Source: a bacterium (lineage in GTDB: Bacteria > Desulfobacterota > S145-22). From it: 39,273 nt of DNA. Within the stretch, counting starts at the first letter, position 1. The number at the start of each line of letters is the position of its first letter. The DNA lies in the NCBI GenBank assembly GCA_027073795.1, contig JALTEW010000492.1, forward strand, positions 1-39,273, read 5' to 3'. Below the pieces are notes generated by a model, which was given only the letters and a program-made list of their open reading frames with translations, did no database searches and was not told the origin of the DNA. A program made the translations under genes and the position numbers. This document shows positions 16,936 through 24,883 of the stretch, one piece after another.

Positions 16936-17724
16936 TTAAGTCTTTTTCCTGTCCCTCCCGCATACCGGACAATCCTCTCTCCGCTGAAAATCAATTAGGG
17001 CATACTCCATCACTTCGCCGTTGAAATAGAGCATACGGCCTGTTAAAAGCTTCCCCATACCTGCTAACAGCTTGAGGGTCTCCAGTGCCTGCAAAGAGGC
17101 GATGAAGCCTGCCGTAGGACCAAAAACGGGGATTGTCACCTTTTTCTCGCTCTCTTTCGGAAAAATGCATTCCAGACAGGGGGTCTGGCCCGGCAGAATG
17201 GTGGTTAGCTGACCCATCATCCCATAAACGCCACCATGAATGAGAGGAATTCTCATCTTATAACAGGCCTCGTTCAGGGTATACCGGGATGACATGTTAT
17301 CAAGGCAGTCAACCACTACATCCACCTCTTTGAGCAAAACCTCGCAAGCTTCCGGAGTTATCTTTCCCTTGACGGGATAAACCTGAACCGAGGAATTCAT
17401 CAACACAAGTTTTTCTCTCGCGGATTCAACTTTTTCAGCGTTGACATCTCCTTCAAAATGGAGCAGTTGCCGGTTCAGGTTTGATAACGACACCCTGTCC
17501 GAATCGACAAGTGTTATCCTGCCAACTCCTCCGGTCGTCAGGTACATCGCCACGGGTGAGCCCAGCCCCCCCACGCCGGCCACGAGTGCATGCGCATTTT
17601 TTAAGCGTTTCTGCCCCTTTTCGCCAAATAAAGGATAAAGAATCTGGCGATGATATCGTTCCCGGTCTTCTTCCGTTATTTCCATCTTGCTTCCCGATAA
17701 CCTGTCATCCTTTTCTTTCCCCAT
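16936..17724 (-). CDS. ThiF/MoeB/HesA-family E1-like adenylyltransferase
   Basis: 262 aa. It has RYHRQIL..., the nucleotide loop VAGVGGLGSPVAMYL, DSDRVSLSNLNRQ, and two CXXC pairs (CLEC, CPVC). An alternative start is at 17685. Confidence 0.85.
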   Translation of the reverse strand: MGKEKDDRLSGSKMEITEEDRERYHRQILYPLFGEKGQKRLKNAHALVAGVGGLGSPVAMYLTTGGVGRITLVDSDRVSLSNLNRQLLHFEGDVNAEKVESAREKLVLMNSSVQVYPVKGKITPEACEVLLKEVDVVVDCLDNMSSRYTLNEACYKMRIPLIHGGVYGMMGQLTTILPGQTPCLECIFPKESEKKVTIPVFGPTAGFIASLQALETLKLLAGMGKLLTGRMLYFNGEVMEYALIDFQRREDCPVCGRDRKKT

Positions 17725-17869
17725 ATGTAATACAATTGACCCTGTTCATCAAGAAAGGGGTATTCTTGAAGTACATTGTAATAACCTATCTGCGTATTAC
17801 AAACAGGCCGAGTAGAAATTGGATACTTACGATGCCTTCACGTTTGCCTTTCATGCCCTCCATGCTAAA

Positions 17870-18859
17870 ATGCGATTTATGGAAGACGCCATACGGAAAG
17901 CAAGGGGCTTTCCAAAACTTCTTGCCATTGTGGGTCCCACGGCTACAGGAAAATCGGACCTTGCTATTTCCCTTGCAAAAATACTCAACGCGGAAATCAT
18001 TAGCGCGGATTCCATGCAGGTTTACCGTTATATGGATATTGGAACAGCCAAACCTTCCAAGGATATCAGGGCTGTCATTCCCCACCACTTTATTGACATC
18101 CTTAACCCAGACGAATCTTTCAGCGCCGGGGAATTTGCCAGACAGACCCACAGGCTTATCAGTAAAAAAATCCGCGGGGGGATACCCCTCATCGTTGTGG
18201 GAGGTACAGGTCTTTATGTCAAGGCCCTTGAAAGGGGGCTGGTTGCATTACCCCCCGTCCCCGACGAGATTCATGCACGACTGTGGGAAGAATATATCAA
18301 CACGGGATTACCCCACCTCTATGATAAACTGTGTAAGATCGATCCCGCCACGGCGTCGTCTGTTCATCCCAACGATCGCTTCCGAATTCTTCGCGCGCTG
18401 GGCGTATTTGAGACAACCGGGAAACCCCTTTCGTCGTTTCGGACCCATCATGGGTTCAGAGAAACAGCCGTTCATCTGCGGAAAATCGGGCTTACCTATC
18501 CCAGGGAAATCCTGTATAAACGGATTGAAACCCGCGTGGAGCAAATGATAGAAAACGGATGGATGGAAGAAGTAAAAACCCTTCTTGAAATGGGTTATAA
18601 CGAAACGCTCAAACCTATGCAGGCCATTGGCTACAAGCAGTTGGTTTCGGTTATTAAGGGGACGTTGAAAATGAGAGATGCTGTTGAAGAGATTAAGAAA
18701 GAGACGAGGCATCTGGCCAAACGTCAGATCACCTGGTTCAATAAGGAAACCCCTCAACAGTGGATATCCCTGAGAGGAGAAAATCTGGAGGAAGAGGCGG
18801 AAATTCTGCTAACCTTTATCCAAAAGGGAGACAAGATATGGAACCCAAAAAAGGCGTAA
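17870..18859 (+). CDS. miaA: tRNA dimethylallyltransferase
   Basis: It has the P-loop IVGPTATGKSDLAISLA, followed by IISADSMQVYRYMDIGTAKPS and HHFIDIL. The start is uncertain (TTG 17819, ATG 17870 or ATG 17879). It is followed by hfq, as in many bacteria. Confidence 0.9.
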   Translation: MRFMEDAIRKARGFPKLLAIVGPTATGKSDLAISLAKILNAEIISADSMQVYRYMDIGTAKPSKDIRAVIPHHFIDILNPDESFSAGEFARQTHRLISKKIRGGIPLIVVGGTGLYVKALERGLVALPPVPDEIHARLWEEYINTGLPHLYDKLCKIDPATASSVHPNDRFRILRALGVFETTGKPLSSFRTHHGFRETAVHLRKIGLTYPREILYKRIETRVEQMIENGWMEEVKTLLEMGYNETLKPMQAIGYKQLVSVIKGTLKMRDAVEEIKKETRHLAKRQITWFNKETPQQWISLRGENLEEEAEILLTFIQKGDKIWNPKKA

Positions 18860-19095
18860 ATACTCAGGATCATTTCCTGAACAAGGTACGACGGGAAGAA
18901 ACCTTTGTGCGTGTAACCCTCGCCAACGGTGAGGAGCTGGAGGGGGTTATCACCAGTTTCGATCCATACGCCCTCATCCTGAAAAATACAACGAGCACTC
19001 TGATCTATAAACATGCCATTGCAACCATCACCCCCTTCACCCAGCAACCCGATTTTGACACCTTCAGCGAAAAAACAAGCGGTACAGGTGAATGA
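18838..19095 (+). CDS. hfq: RNA chaperone Hfq
   Basis: I start it at ATG 18838 (the track begins at 18760), giving an 85-aa protein. QDHFLNKVRREETFVRVTLANGEELEGVITSFDPYALILKN...LIYKHAI matches the Sm1/Sm2 motifs. It overlaps the miaA 3' end by 22 nt. Confidence 0.9.
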   Translation: MEPKKGVNTQDHFLNKVRREETFVRVTLANGEELEGVITSFDPYALILKNTTSTLIYKHAIATITPFTQQPDFDTFSEKTSGTGE

Positions 19096-19619
19096 ATCAA
19101 CCCCGACCCTTAAAAAACATCCTGGAGGCTATTCTGTTCACCATGGCGGAGCCCTTGTCACTTAAGACCCTTGCCAAGGCGTTTGAAGACCCCCCGGCAG
19201 AAAAGGAAATCGAGGCAGCCCTGATGGAGCTTAGGCAAGAGTTGCTGGTAGAAGGCAGGGCCTTTGAGCTTGTGGAGGTCGCCAACGGGTACCAGCTGCG
19301 CAGCAAAGTCGCCTATGCCCCCTGGATCAAGCGGCTTGTCTCACTTCGTGCCCCGCGCCTCAGTCGATCAGCACTTGAAACGCTTTCCATCATTGCCTAT
19401 AAGCAGCCCATCACACGGGTTGAGATTGAGCAGATCAGGGGCGTGGACAGCTCTTCGGTTCTAAAAACCCTCTTGGACCGCCGAATAATTCGAGTTCTGG
19501 GGAAAAAGGATGTCCCAGGTCACCCCCTGGTGTATGGCACTTCAAAGCTCTTTCTCGAGGTCTTTGGCCTGAAAAACCTCTCACAACTCCCACCCATTGA
19601 AGAAAATGAGGCAGAATAA
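19092..19619 (+). CDS. scpB: Segregation and condensation protein B
   Basis: 175 aa. It contains ILEAILFTMAEPLSLKTL..., GYQLRSK, LSRSALETLSIIAYKQPITRVEIEQIRGV and TSKLFLEVFGL. It shares an ATGA overlap with the hfq stop. Confidence 0.9.
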   Translation: MNQPRPLKNILEAILFTMAEPLSLKTLAKAFEDPPAEKEIEAALMELRQELLVEGRAFELVEVANGYQLRSKVAYAPWIKRLVSLRAPRLSRSALETLSIIAYKQPITRVEIEQIRGVDSSSVLKTLLDRRIIRVLGKKDVPGHPLVYGTSKLFLEVFGLKNLSQLPPIEENEAE

Positions 19620-20358
19620 ACAGGGGATTCCCCTCCTGAAATGGATTACTCAAAACACGCACCTTTCCAGACGAAAGGCCTTTCAAGCCATCGTCACAGG
19701 ACAGGTCAAGGTTGACGGCGAGGCCGTTTCGGATACCGGATTTACCGTAACGCCCGCTCTCGGAAGAATCACCATTAAGGGTAAAGCTGTTAGAAAAACC
19801 CCCCCGCCACCGGTCTATATTCTACTCCACAAACCCAAGGGGGTTGTTACAAGCACGTCCGACCCCGAAGGGAGGACAACGGTTCTGGATCTGGTAAAAA
19901 AGATCAGAACGCCGGTCTTCCCCGTTGGAAGGCTGGATATCATGACCCAGGGTCTTCTTCTCCTGACCAATGACGGTTCTCTTGCCAATACCCTGATGCA
20001 CCCACGGTTCTCAGTCCCAAGGACCTATCACGTCAAGGTAAAGGGGAAGGTTTCCCCGGAAGTCTTTGCCACCCTTCGTGGGGGGGCCCTCAAACTGGAC
20101 AGAAAACCCATTCGTCCCGTGGACATTGAAGTCTTAAAATCACTTAAAAAAAATACGTGGCTGAAGGTAACCATCCGGGAGGGTCGCACACGCGAGGTGC
20201 GGCGGATGTTTGCCAGGTTTGATGTCCCAGTTCTCAATCTCATTCGTGTGGGTTTTGGTCCTCTCACGTTCAAAGGGCTGCAACCGGGACAGTGGCGCCT
20301 GTTGACAGAAAGGGAAATCCGGCAATTAAAACAGATCGAAAAAACGGGGGAATCATGA
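19606..20358 (+). CDS. rluB: Pseudouridine synthase, RluB/RsuA family, with an N-terminal S4 domain
   Basis: It has an S4-like LSRRKAFQAIVTGQVKVDG and the catalytic motif VGRLDIMTQGLLLLTNDG, followed by EGRTREVRRMF. I prefer the ATG at 19606 over the TTG at 19597. It overlaps the scpB 3' end. Confidence 0.85.
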   Translation: MRQNKQGIPLLKWITQNTHLSRRKAFQAIVTGQVKVDGEAVSDTGFTVTPALGRITIKGKAVRKTPPPPVYILLHKPKGVVTSTSDPEGRTTVLDLVKKIRTPVFPVGRLDIMTQGLLLLTNDGSLANTLMHPRFSVPRTYHVKVKGKVSPEVFATLRGGALKLDRKPIRPVDIEVLKSLKKNTWLKVTIREGRTREVRRMFARFDVPVLNLIRVGFGPLTFKGLQPGQWRLLTEREIRQLKQIEKTGES

Positions 20359-20606
20359 CCGAAGACATTGAGAAAAAAAAGGCCATCATCGAAGAGAATA
20401 AAAAAATCAAGCGGCTCAGGTTCTGCGCAGACCTGACCTACGCCCTGATCGCCCAAGGAGATCCATCTATCGATGAAGCCTATCTGATCATCGAATCCCT
20501 GAAAAAGATCGCCTTAATCCTGTTTCCTGGGAAGGAATCGACCTTTAACCTGATTTACGGTTCCAGGTTCAGGCGGCTTCTGATGGAAAAATACCAACTG
20601 CATTAA
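20355..20606 (+). CDS. Hypothetical small protein (83 aa)
   Basis: The ATG at 20355 forms an ATGA overlap with the rluB stop and is preceded by GGGGGA at 5-nt spacing. The N-terminal half is charged and the remainder is helical-looking. I recognise no family. Confidence 0.5.
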   Translation: MTEDIEKKKAIIEENKKIKRLRFCADLTYALIAQGDPSIDEAYLIIESLKKIALILFPGKESTFNLIYGSRFRRLLMEKYQLH

Positions 20607-20744
20607 GCTGAAAAAGCCTGCCTGCGTTACGAAAAACCCGGAAGTGATGGAGCCCAGCGGCCCAGAACCACTCTTTCCGAAAAGGGTGACAGAGCCTGAC
20701 TCTTCCTTGACAGACTGTGAAATAATCGTTTAAAAAAGGGGGAA

Positions 20745-22073
20745 GTGAAAAATCCAAAGACATCCTATCTGCAACATAACAAAGACATCTTTTTAAAGGC
20801 ACTTGCCGCCTTTTGGCACGACCGATGCCTGGATGTAGCCGCTATCTTGGCCTTTATGACCCTGTTTGCCATCGTTCCCCTGCTGGCTATTTCCATCTCG
20901 GTTCTGAGCCATCTCAACATTAAACAGACGGAATTCGCGGGGCTACTTCTCAGATATTTCTTCCCTCTTCAGAACTACCAGGAAATGATCACCAAGAACA
21001 TCGCTGATTTTACCAAAAACGCGGTCTCTCTTGGCATCTTTGGCACCTTTATTCTTATTCTTCTTTCCTTTGAATTAATGTACACCATAGAAGATTCGCT
21101 GGACACCATCTGGAAGGTTCATCGAAGCCGCACGGCAGGAAAGCGCCTCATCATCTACTGGGCCAACCTGACAGTTTCCCCTATCCTCCTTGCGTTGTCC
21201 ATTATCCTTTCCTCCAAGATTCGGCAAAAGGGATTTTTTGAAGTGATTTTCAATCTCGGGTTTGTCCAGAACCTCCAACATCTCTTACTCCCCTTCATTC
21301 TGGTCTTCTTTGTCTTTTTTCTTCTTTACAAACTCATTCCCAATGCCCGTGTGGGCAACCGACCCGCTATCCTCGGCTCTTTCGTCGGTGCTATTCTCTT
21401 CCAAATATCCAAAGGAATCTTCTCTTATTATGTCTATCACTATTCCATGTTCTTCAAGGTGTATGGAATCCTTGGAACCGGCTTCGTTTTTCTCGTTTGG
21501 GTTTATATCTCCTGGTGTATCATGCTTGGGGGCGCGGAAATTGCCGTGGCCATTCAATACTTTGATATCCCCTCCGAGGAGGTTTCCTCAAACCATGCCA
21601 GCCCCTTGACACAGCCCAGTCACGCCTTTTACCTTGCCATGGCTGTTCTTCTAACTATCTACCAGCATTATCACCAGGGGACCTATCCCATTACACGGGA
21701 TGACCTTGCCAAACAAATTGGGGCACCCCTCAAAGCCATCCAGGAAATTCTGAACCGGCTCTGTTCCCGCCACATCCTGGGGACGAGCGAGGCCCGCGGT
21801 GGAAGCTACGTTTTTCACACGGCCCCTGAAAATATCCGCCTTAGTCAGGTTTACACCCTTTTTAACCCGGTAGGGGAAAAGCCACATCTTCTCAAACAGG
21901 TTCCTTACGAAAGGGCACTAAACACCTGGGTTAAAAAAATTAGAACCTTCCCTGAAAATGAATTACAAAAGGAAACCCTTGCGACCTTATCCATAAAAGA
22001 AGAGAAGCAAAATACCGATCCGCCAGAGGAAGATAAAACAGGACCAACGCAAAGCACGGGAGGCAGCGCGTAA
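20745..22073 (+). CDS. YihY/BrkB-family inner membrane protein with a C-terminal HTH-like extension of about 150 aa
   Basis: 442 aa with a GTG start. It has the N-terminal AAILAFMTLFAIVPLL signature and 6 TM segments ending ...LGGAEIAVA. The soluble tail contains ITRDDLAKQIGAPLKAIQEILNRLCSRHILG. Confidence 0.8.
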   Translation: MKNPKTSYLQHNKDIFLKALAAFWHDRCLDVAAILAFMTLFAIVPLLAISISVLSHLNIKQTEFAGLLLRYFFPLQNYQEMITKNIADFTKNAVSLGIFGTFILILLSFELMYTIEDSLDTIWKVHRSRTAGKRLIIYWANLTVSPILLALSIILSSKIRQKGFFEVIFNLGFVQNLQHLLLPFILVFFVFFLLYKLIPNARVGNRPAILGSFVGAILFQISKGIFSYYVYHYSMFFKVYGILGTGFVFLVWVYISWCIMLGGAEIAVAIQYFDIPSEEVSSNHASPLTQPSHAFYLAMAVLLTIYQHYHQGTYPITRDDLAKQIGAPLKAIQEILNRLCSRHILGTSEARGGSYVFHTAPENIRLSQVYTLFNPVGEKPHLLKQVPYERALNTWVKKIRTFPENELQKETLATLSIKEEKQNTDPPEEDKTGPTQSTGGSA

Positions 22074-22087
22074 AACCCAGGGGATAC

Positions 22088-22124
22088 GGTAGTAGGTTCA
22101 CTTACCTTAATCTTTTTTGTTTTT
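22088..22124 (+). terminator. Weak terminator-like hairpin plus T-run after the YihY-family gene
   Basis: GGTAG (22088-22092) pairs with CTTACC (22101-22106) in a short stem with a wobble pair, followed by CTTTTTTGTTTTT. Confidence 0.3.
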
Positions 22125-22173
22125 CCATAAAAACTACTGTTGAGGTTAAAGGACGGCACCTTCGTATCTGGAG

Positions 22174-23004
22174 TCATGTCTGGTTCAAGGAAGTCAATCC
22201 CTTAGCCTCGTCTTTAACTCTTCGCCTTTCAACCTCCGAACGCATCAAGCGCTCTACCTTTTTTAAGTCCTCTGGTGTGTCCACGCCAATACCTTCATAA
22301 TCCACTTCAACAGTCAAGATAGGGATACCATTCTCCAGCGCCCGGAGTTGCTCAAGCTTTTCCGCCAGCTCCAAGGGGGAAGGGGAAAGTTTACAGAACT
22401 TAAATAGGGTTTCGCGGCGATAGGCATAGAGGCCGATATGGCGAAAAAGGGGTGTTCCGGTTAAGTTTATATCTTTTTCTTCCATCTGATAGGGGTAATT
22501 GGCAAAAACCCCATGATCCCGAATAAAAGGAATAGGCGCTCTCGAGAAATAAAGCGCGAAACCGCTTTTATCGCGGGTAACCTTGGCCATGGTGGGATCA
22601 AAGAGCTCTTCTGCTGATTTTACCCGGGTAACAGGGGTTGATATTTGGATGTCCGGTAACAGCAACAGAGGCTTGACAACCGCATCGATGATTAGGGGGT
22701 CCATCAAGGGCTCATCACCCTGGACGTTAACCACGATGTCAACATCAATCTTTGATGCAACCTCCGCCACCCGATCGGTCCCGGACGGATGGTCTGACCG
22801 GGTCATCATAACCTTCCCGCCCCACCCTTTGACCTCTCGCAGGATTCTTTCATCATCCGTCGCCACCCAAACGGCGTCGATGCTCTTCGCCTTCAAACAA
22901 CGCTGATAGACATGCCAGATCATCGTGTGCCCACTGATGTGAGCCAGTGGCTTGCCAGGGAAACGGGTCGAAACGTAACGGGCGGGAATAACGGCAATAT
23001 TCAT
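22174..23004 (-). CDS. kdsB: 3-deoxy-manno-octulosonate cytidylyltransferase (CMP-Kdo synthetase)
   Basis: I start it at ATG 23004 (MNIAVIPARYVSTRFPGKPL), which is the canonical KdsB N-terminus. It also has VNVQGDEPL and a short charged C-terminal tail. Confidence 0.9.
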   Translation of the reverse strand: MNIAVIPARYVSTRFPGKPLAHISGHTMIWHVYQRCLKAKSIDAVWVATDDERILREVKGWGGKVMMTRSDHPSGTDRVAEVASKIDVDIVVNVQGDEPLMDPLIIDAVVKPLLLLPDIQISTPVTRVKSAEELFDPTMAKVTRDKSGFALYFSRAPIPFIRDHGVFANYPYQMEEKDINLTGTPLFRHIGLYAYRRETLFKFCKLSPSPLELAEKLEQLRALENGIPILTVEVDYEGIGVDTPEDLKKVERLMRSEVERRRVKDEAKGLTSLNQT

Positions 23005-23144
23005 CGTAATCTGATACCTTGCTACTTCACATCTTCTTGACAAGTTTCATTTGAATTGTTAACCTCCGACCAGTTTGAAGAACCCGCTATGATTAATAAA
23101 ATAACATTAAATACGGTTGTTATCAATAAAAAGGAGGAACAAAC

Positions 23145-23924
23145 TTGAAAATTGCCATTTCAGGAAAGGGTGGCGTAGGTAAAACCACTCTGGCCGGCGT
23201 GTTGGCCAGAACCCTTTCGGCACAAAGTGAAACCGTCCTCGCCATAGATGCGGATCCTGATTCCAACTTGGCTTCTGCCGTTGGCGTTCCACTGGATCTC
23301 CTAACAAACATTACACCCCTCGCGGAAATGACCCATTTCATTGAGGAGAGGACAGAGACAAAAAAGGGGGGATATGGGTCCATCTTCAAATTAAACCCAA
23401 AGGTAGACGACATCCCTGAAAAGTTTAGTATCGACTACAAGGGGGTTAAGCTCCTTATCTTGGGAAGTGTTCCACAGGGGGGTGGCGGCTGTTTCTGCCC
23501 GGAGAATGTTCTGCTCAAAAATCTCCTCAGCCATCTCTTCATTCAGAGAAATGAAACGGTTATCGTGGACATGGAAGCTGGCCTTGAACATCTGGGACGG
23601 GGCTCAACCAGCTACGTGGATGCCTTTATTGTGGTGGTTGAGCCAGGGATGAGAAGCATTCAGACAGCCCTTCAAATCAAAAAACTTGCCTCGGATCTGG
23701 GAATCAAGCGGGTTTTTGTCGTCGGAAACAAGGTCCAGGCGGATGAGGATCGTCAGGTCATTACTGAAAATCTGGACGATTTTCCCATTCTTGGGTTAAT
23801 GGCTTACAATCCCAAAGTCTTGGAAGCTGATCGGAAAGGGGTATCCCCCTATGATATTGACGAACAGATAAAAGACGAGGTGGATACCATCCTTAAAAAT
23901 CTGAGGAATCAATTTACCTCTTGA
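23145..23924 (+). CDS. cooC: CooC-type nickel-insertion ATPase (MinD/ParA-class P-loop NTPase)
   Basis: 259 aa. The TTG start lies 7 nt after AGGAGG. It has the deviant Walker A GKGGVGKTT, LNPKVDD, the CXC metal motif GGGCFCPEN and VDMEAGLEHLGRGS. By recollection it is collinear with CooC1 of Carboxydothermus. Confidence 0.85.
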   Translation: MKIAISGKGGVGKTTLAGVLARTLSAQSETVLAIDADPDSNLASAVGVPLDLLTNITPLAEMTHFIEERTETKKGGYGSIFKLNPKVDDIPEKFSIDYKGVKLLILGSVPQGGGGCFCPENVLLKNLLSHLFIQRNETVIVDMEAGLEHLGRGSTSYVDAFIVVVEPGMRSIQTALQIKKLASDLGIKRVFVVGNKVQADEDRQVITENLDDFPILGLMAYNPKVLEADRKGVSPYDIDEQIKDEVDTILKNLRNQFTS

Positions 23925-23936
23925 TGGCAAAACGTT

Positions 23937-24695
23937 ATGTGGATTATATGGACCTTTTGTTACTGGATTGCGTTAGTCATCTTTACCATTTTATTTTCCG
24001 TTGTGGCGTTGTTCGCTTCTTTTATGGACCCGAACGGAAATTCCGCACACCAGGTGGCGCGGATATGGGGTAAAACGCTTCTTCTGCTTTCCGGTGTCAA
24101 GGTTAAACTTATCGGAGAACTAAATTCCATAGAACCCCAAAAGCCTTACATCTTCATGGCAAACCATCAAAGCGCCTTCGACATTTTTGCTCTGTTGGCT
24201 GGCTTGCCCATTCCCTTTCGGTGGTTAGCAAAGGAGGAATTGTTCAAGATTCCTATTTTCGGGCCTTCCATGAGACGAGCCGGGTACATCCCCATTAATC
24301 GCGCCAACCCGAGGGATGCGATTAAAAGTATCAATAAAGCTGCTCAAAGGATTCGAGAGGGCATTTCAGTTGTTGTCTTTCCAGAAGGAACCCGCTCAGA
24401 AGATGGAAAGCTGTTGCCTTTCAAAAACGGGGGATTTGTCATCGCCATAAAATCTATGGCACTCATCGTGCCCACGGCGCTTATCGGGACGTTCGAAGTT
24501 AAACCGAGGAGGAGCTTCTGGGTGCATCCGAGAACTGTTTATATCTCCCTCGGCGCCCCCATAGAGACTAGGGGATACAAAATTAGGGACAAGGGTGAAT
24601 TAAAAAACAAGGTTTTCAGTATCCTGTCCGCGTTACTTGCAGAAAAGCAATCGGAAGTTACAAACAATGATGCACTTGAAAAAGGTCATGGTTAG
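23937..24695 (+). CDS. plsC: 1-acyl-sn-glycerol-3-phosphate acyltransferase
   Basis: 252 aa with an N-terminal TM segment, the HX4D motif NHQSAFD, and the FPEGTRS block. Confidence 0.9.
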   Translation: MWIIWTFCYWIALVIFTILFSVVALFASFMDPNGNSAHQVARIWGKTLLLLSGVKVKLIGELNSIEPQKPYIFMANHQSAFDIFALLAGLPIPFRWLAKEELFKIPIFGPSMRRAGYIPINRANPRDAIKSINKAAQRIREGISVVVFPEGTRSEDGKLLPFKNGGFVIAIKSMALIVPTALIGTFEVKPRRSFWVHPRTVYISLGAPIETRGYKIRDKGELKNKVFSILSALLAEKQSEVTNNDALEKGHG

Positions 24696-24758
24696 ACGGC
24701 AGTGGAAAGCGCCCCAAACCTGTCTGCCGACAGGTAGGGTCAAAGCGTGCAGGTTTTA

Positions 24759-24786
24759 GGTGCGAAGTGTAAAGTGTCAGGTGTAA
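24759..24786. repeat. Four tandem degenerate heptamers (RGTGYRA) in the rnj upstream region
   Basis: The units are GGTGCGA AGTGTAA AGTGTCA GGTGTAA, read directly. GTGTAAG (24781-24787) can also pair with CTTACAC (24832-24838). Confidence 0.6.
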
Positions 24787-24883
24787 GTTATCTAAGCGCA
24801 AAGGTTGTTTTTAAAGGTTTTCGGCCTGGAGCTTACACGTCTTTCATCTTCTGCCTAATATGTTTGAAAGGAATAGATAACCT

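Noticed and set aside
16936-17724. The ThiF-like E1 as part of a ubiquitin-like conjugation or antiphage (Cap2/Bil-type) system.
   Set aside because: There is no E2, JAB/deubiquitinase, ubiquitin-like or effector gene adjacent. The size and motifs fit an ordinary MoeB/ThiF/HesA adenylyltransferase.
17481-18548. A 355-aa ORF spanning the thiF 5' end (antisense), the intergenic region and much of miaA (out of frame).
   Set aside because: The translation is Pro/Ser/Arg-rich with no motifs. It conflicts with two confidently identified genes, so it is a chance open frame.
20707-20736. TTGACA-17-TTAAAA as the promoter for the YihY-family gene.
   Set aside because: The predicted TSS would fall inside or after the SD, only a few nt before the GTG start at 20745, which is geometrically implausible unless the mRNA is leaderless. 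I did not report it as a feature.
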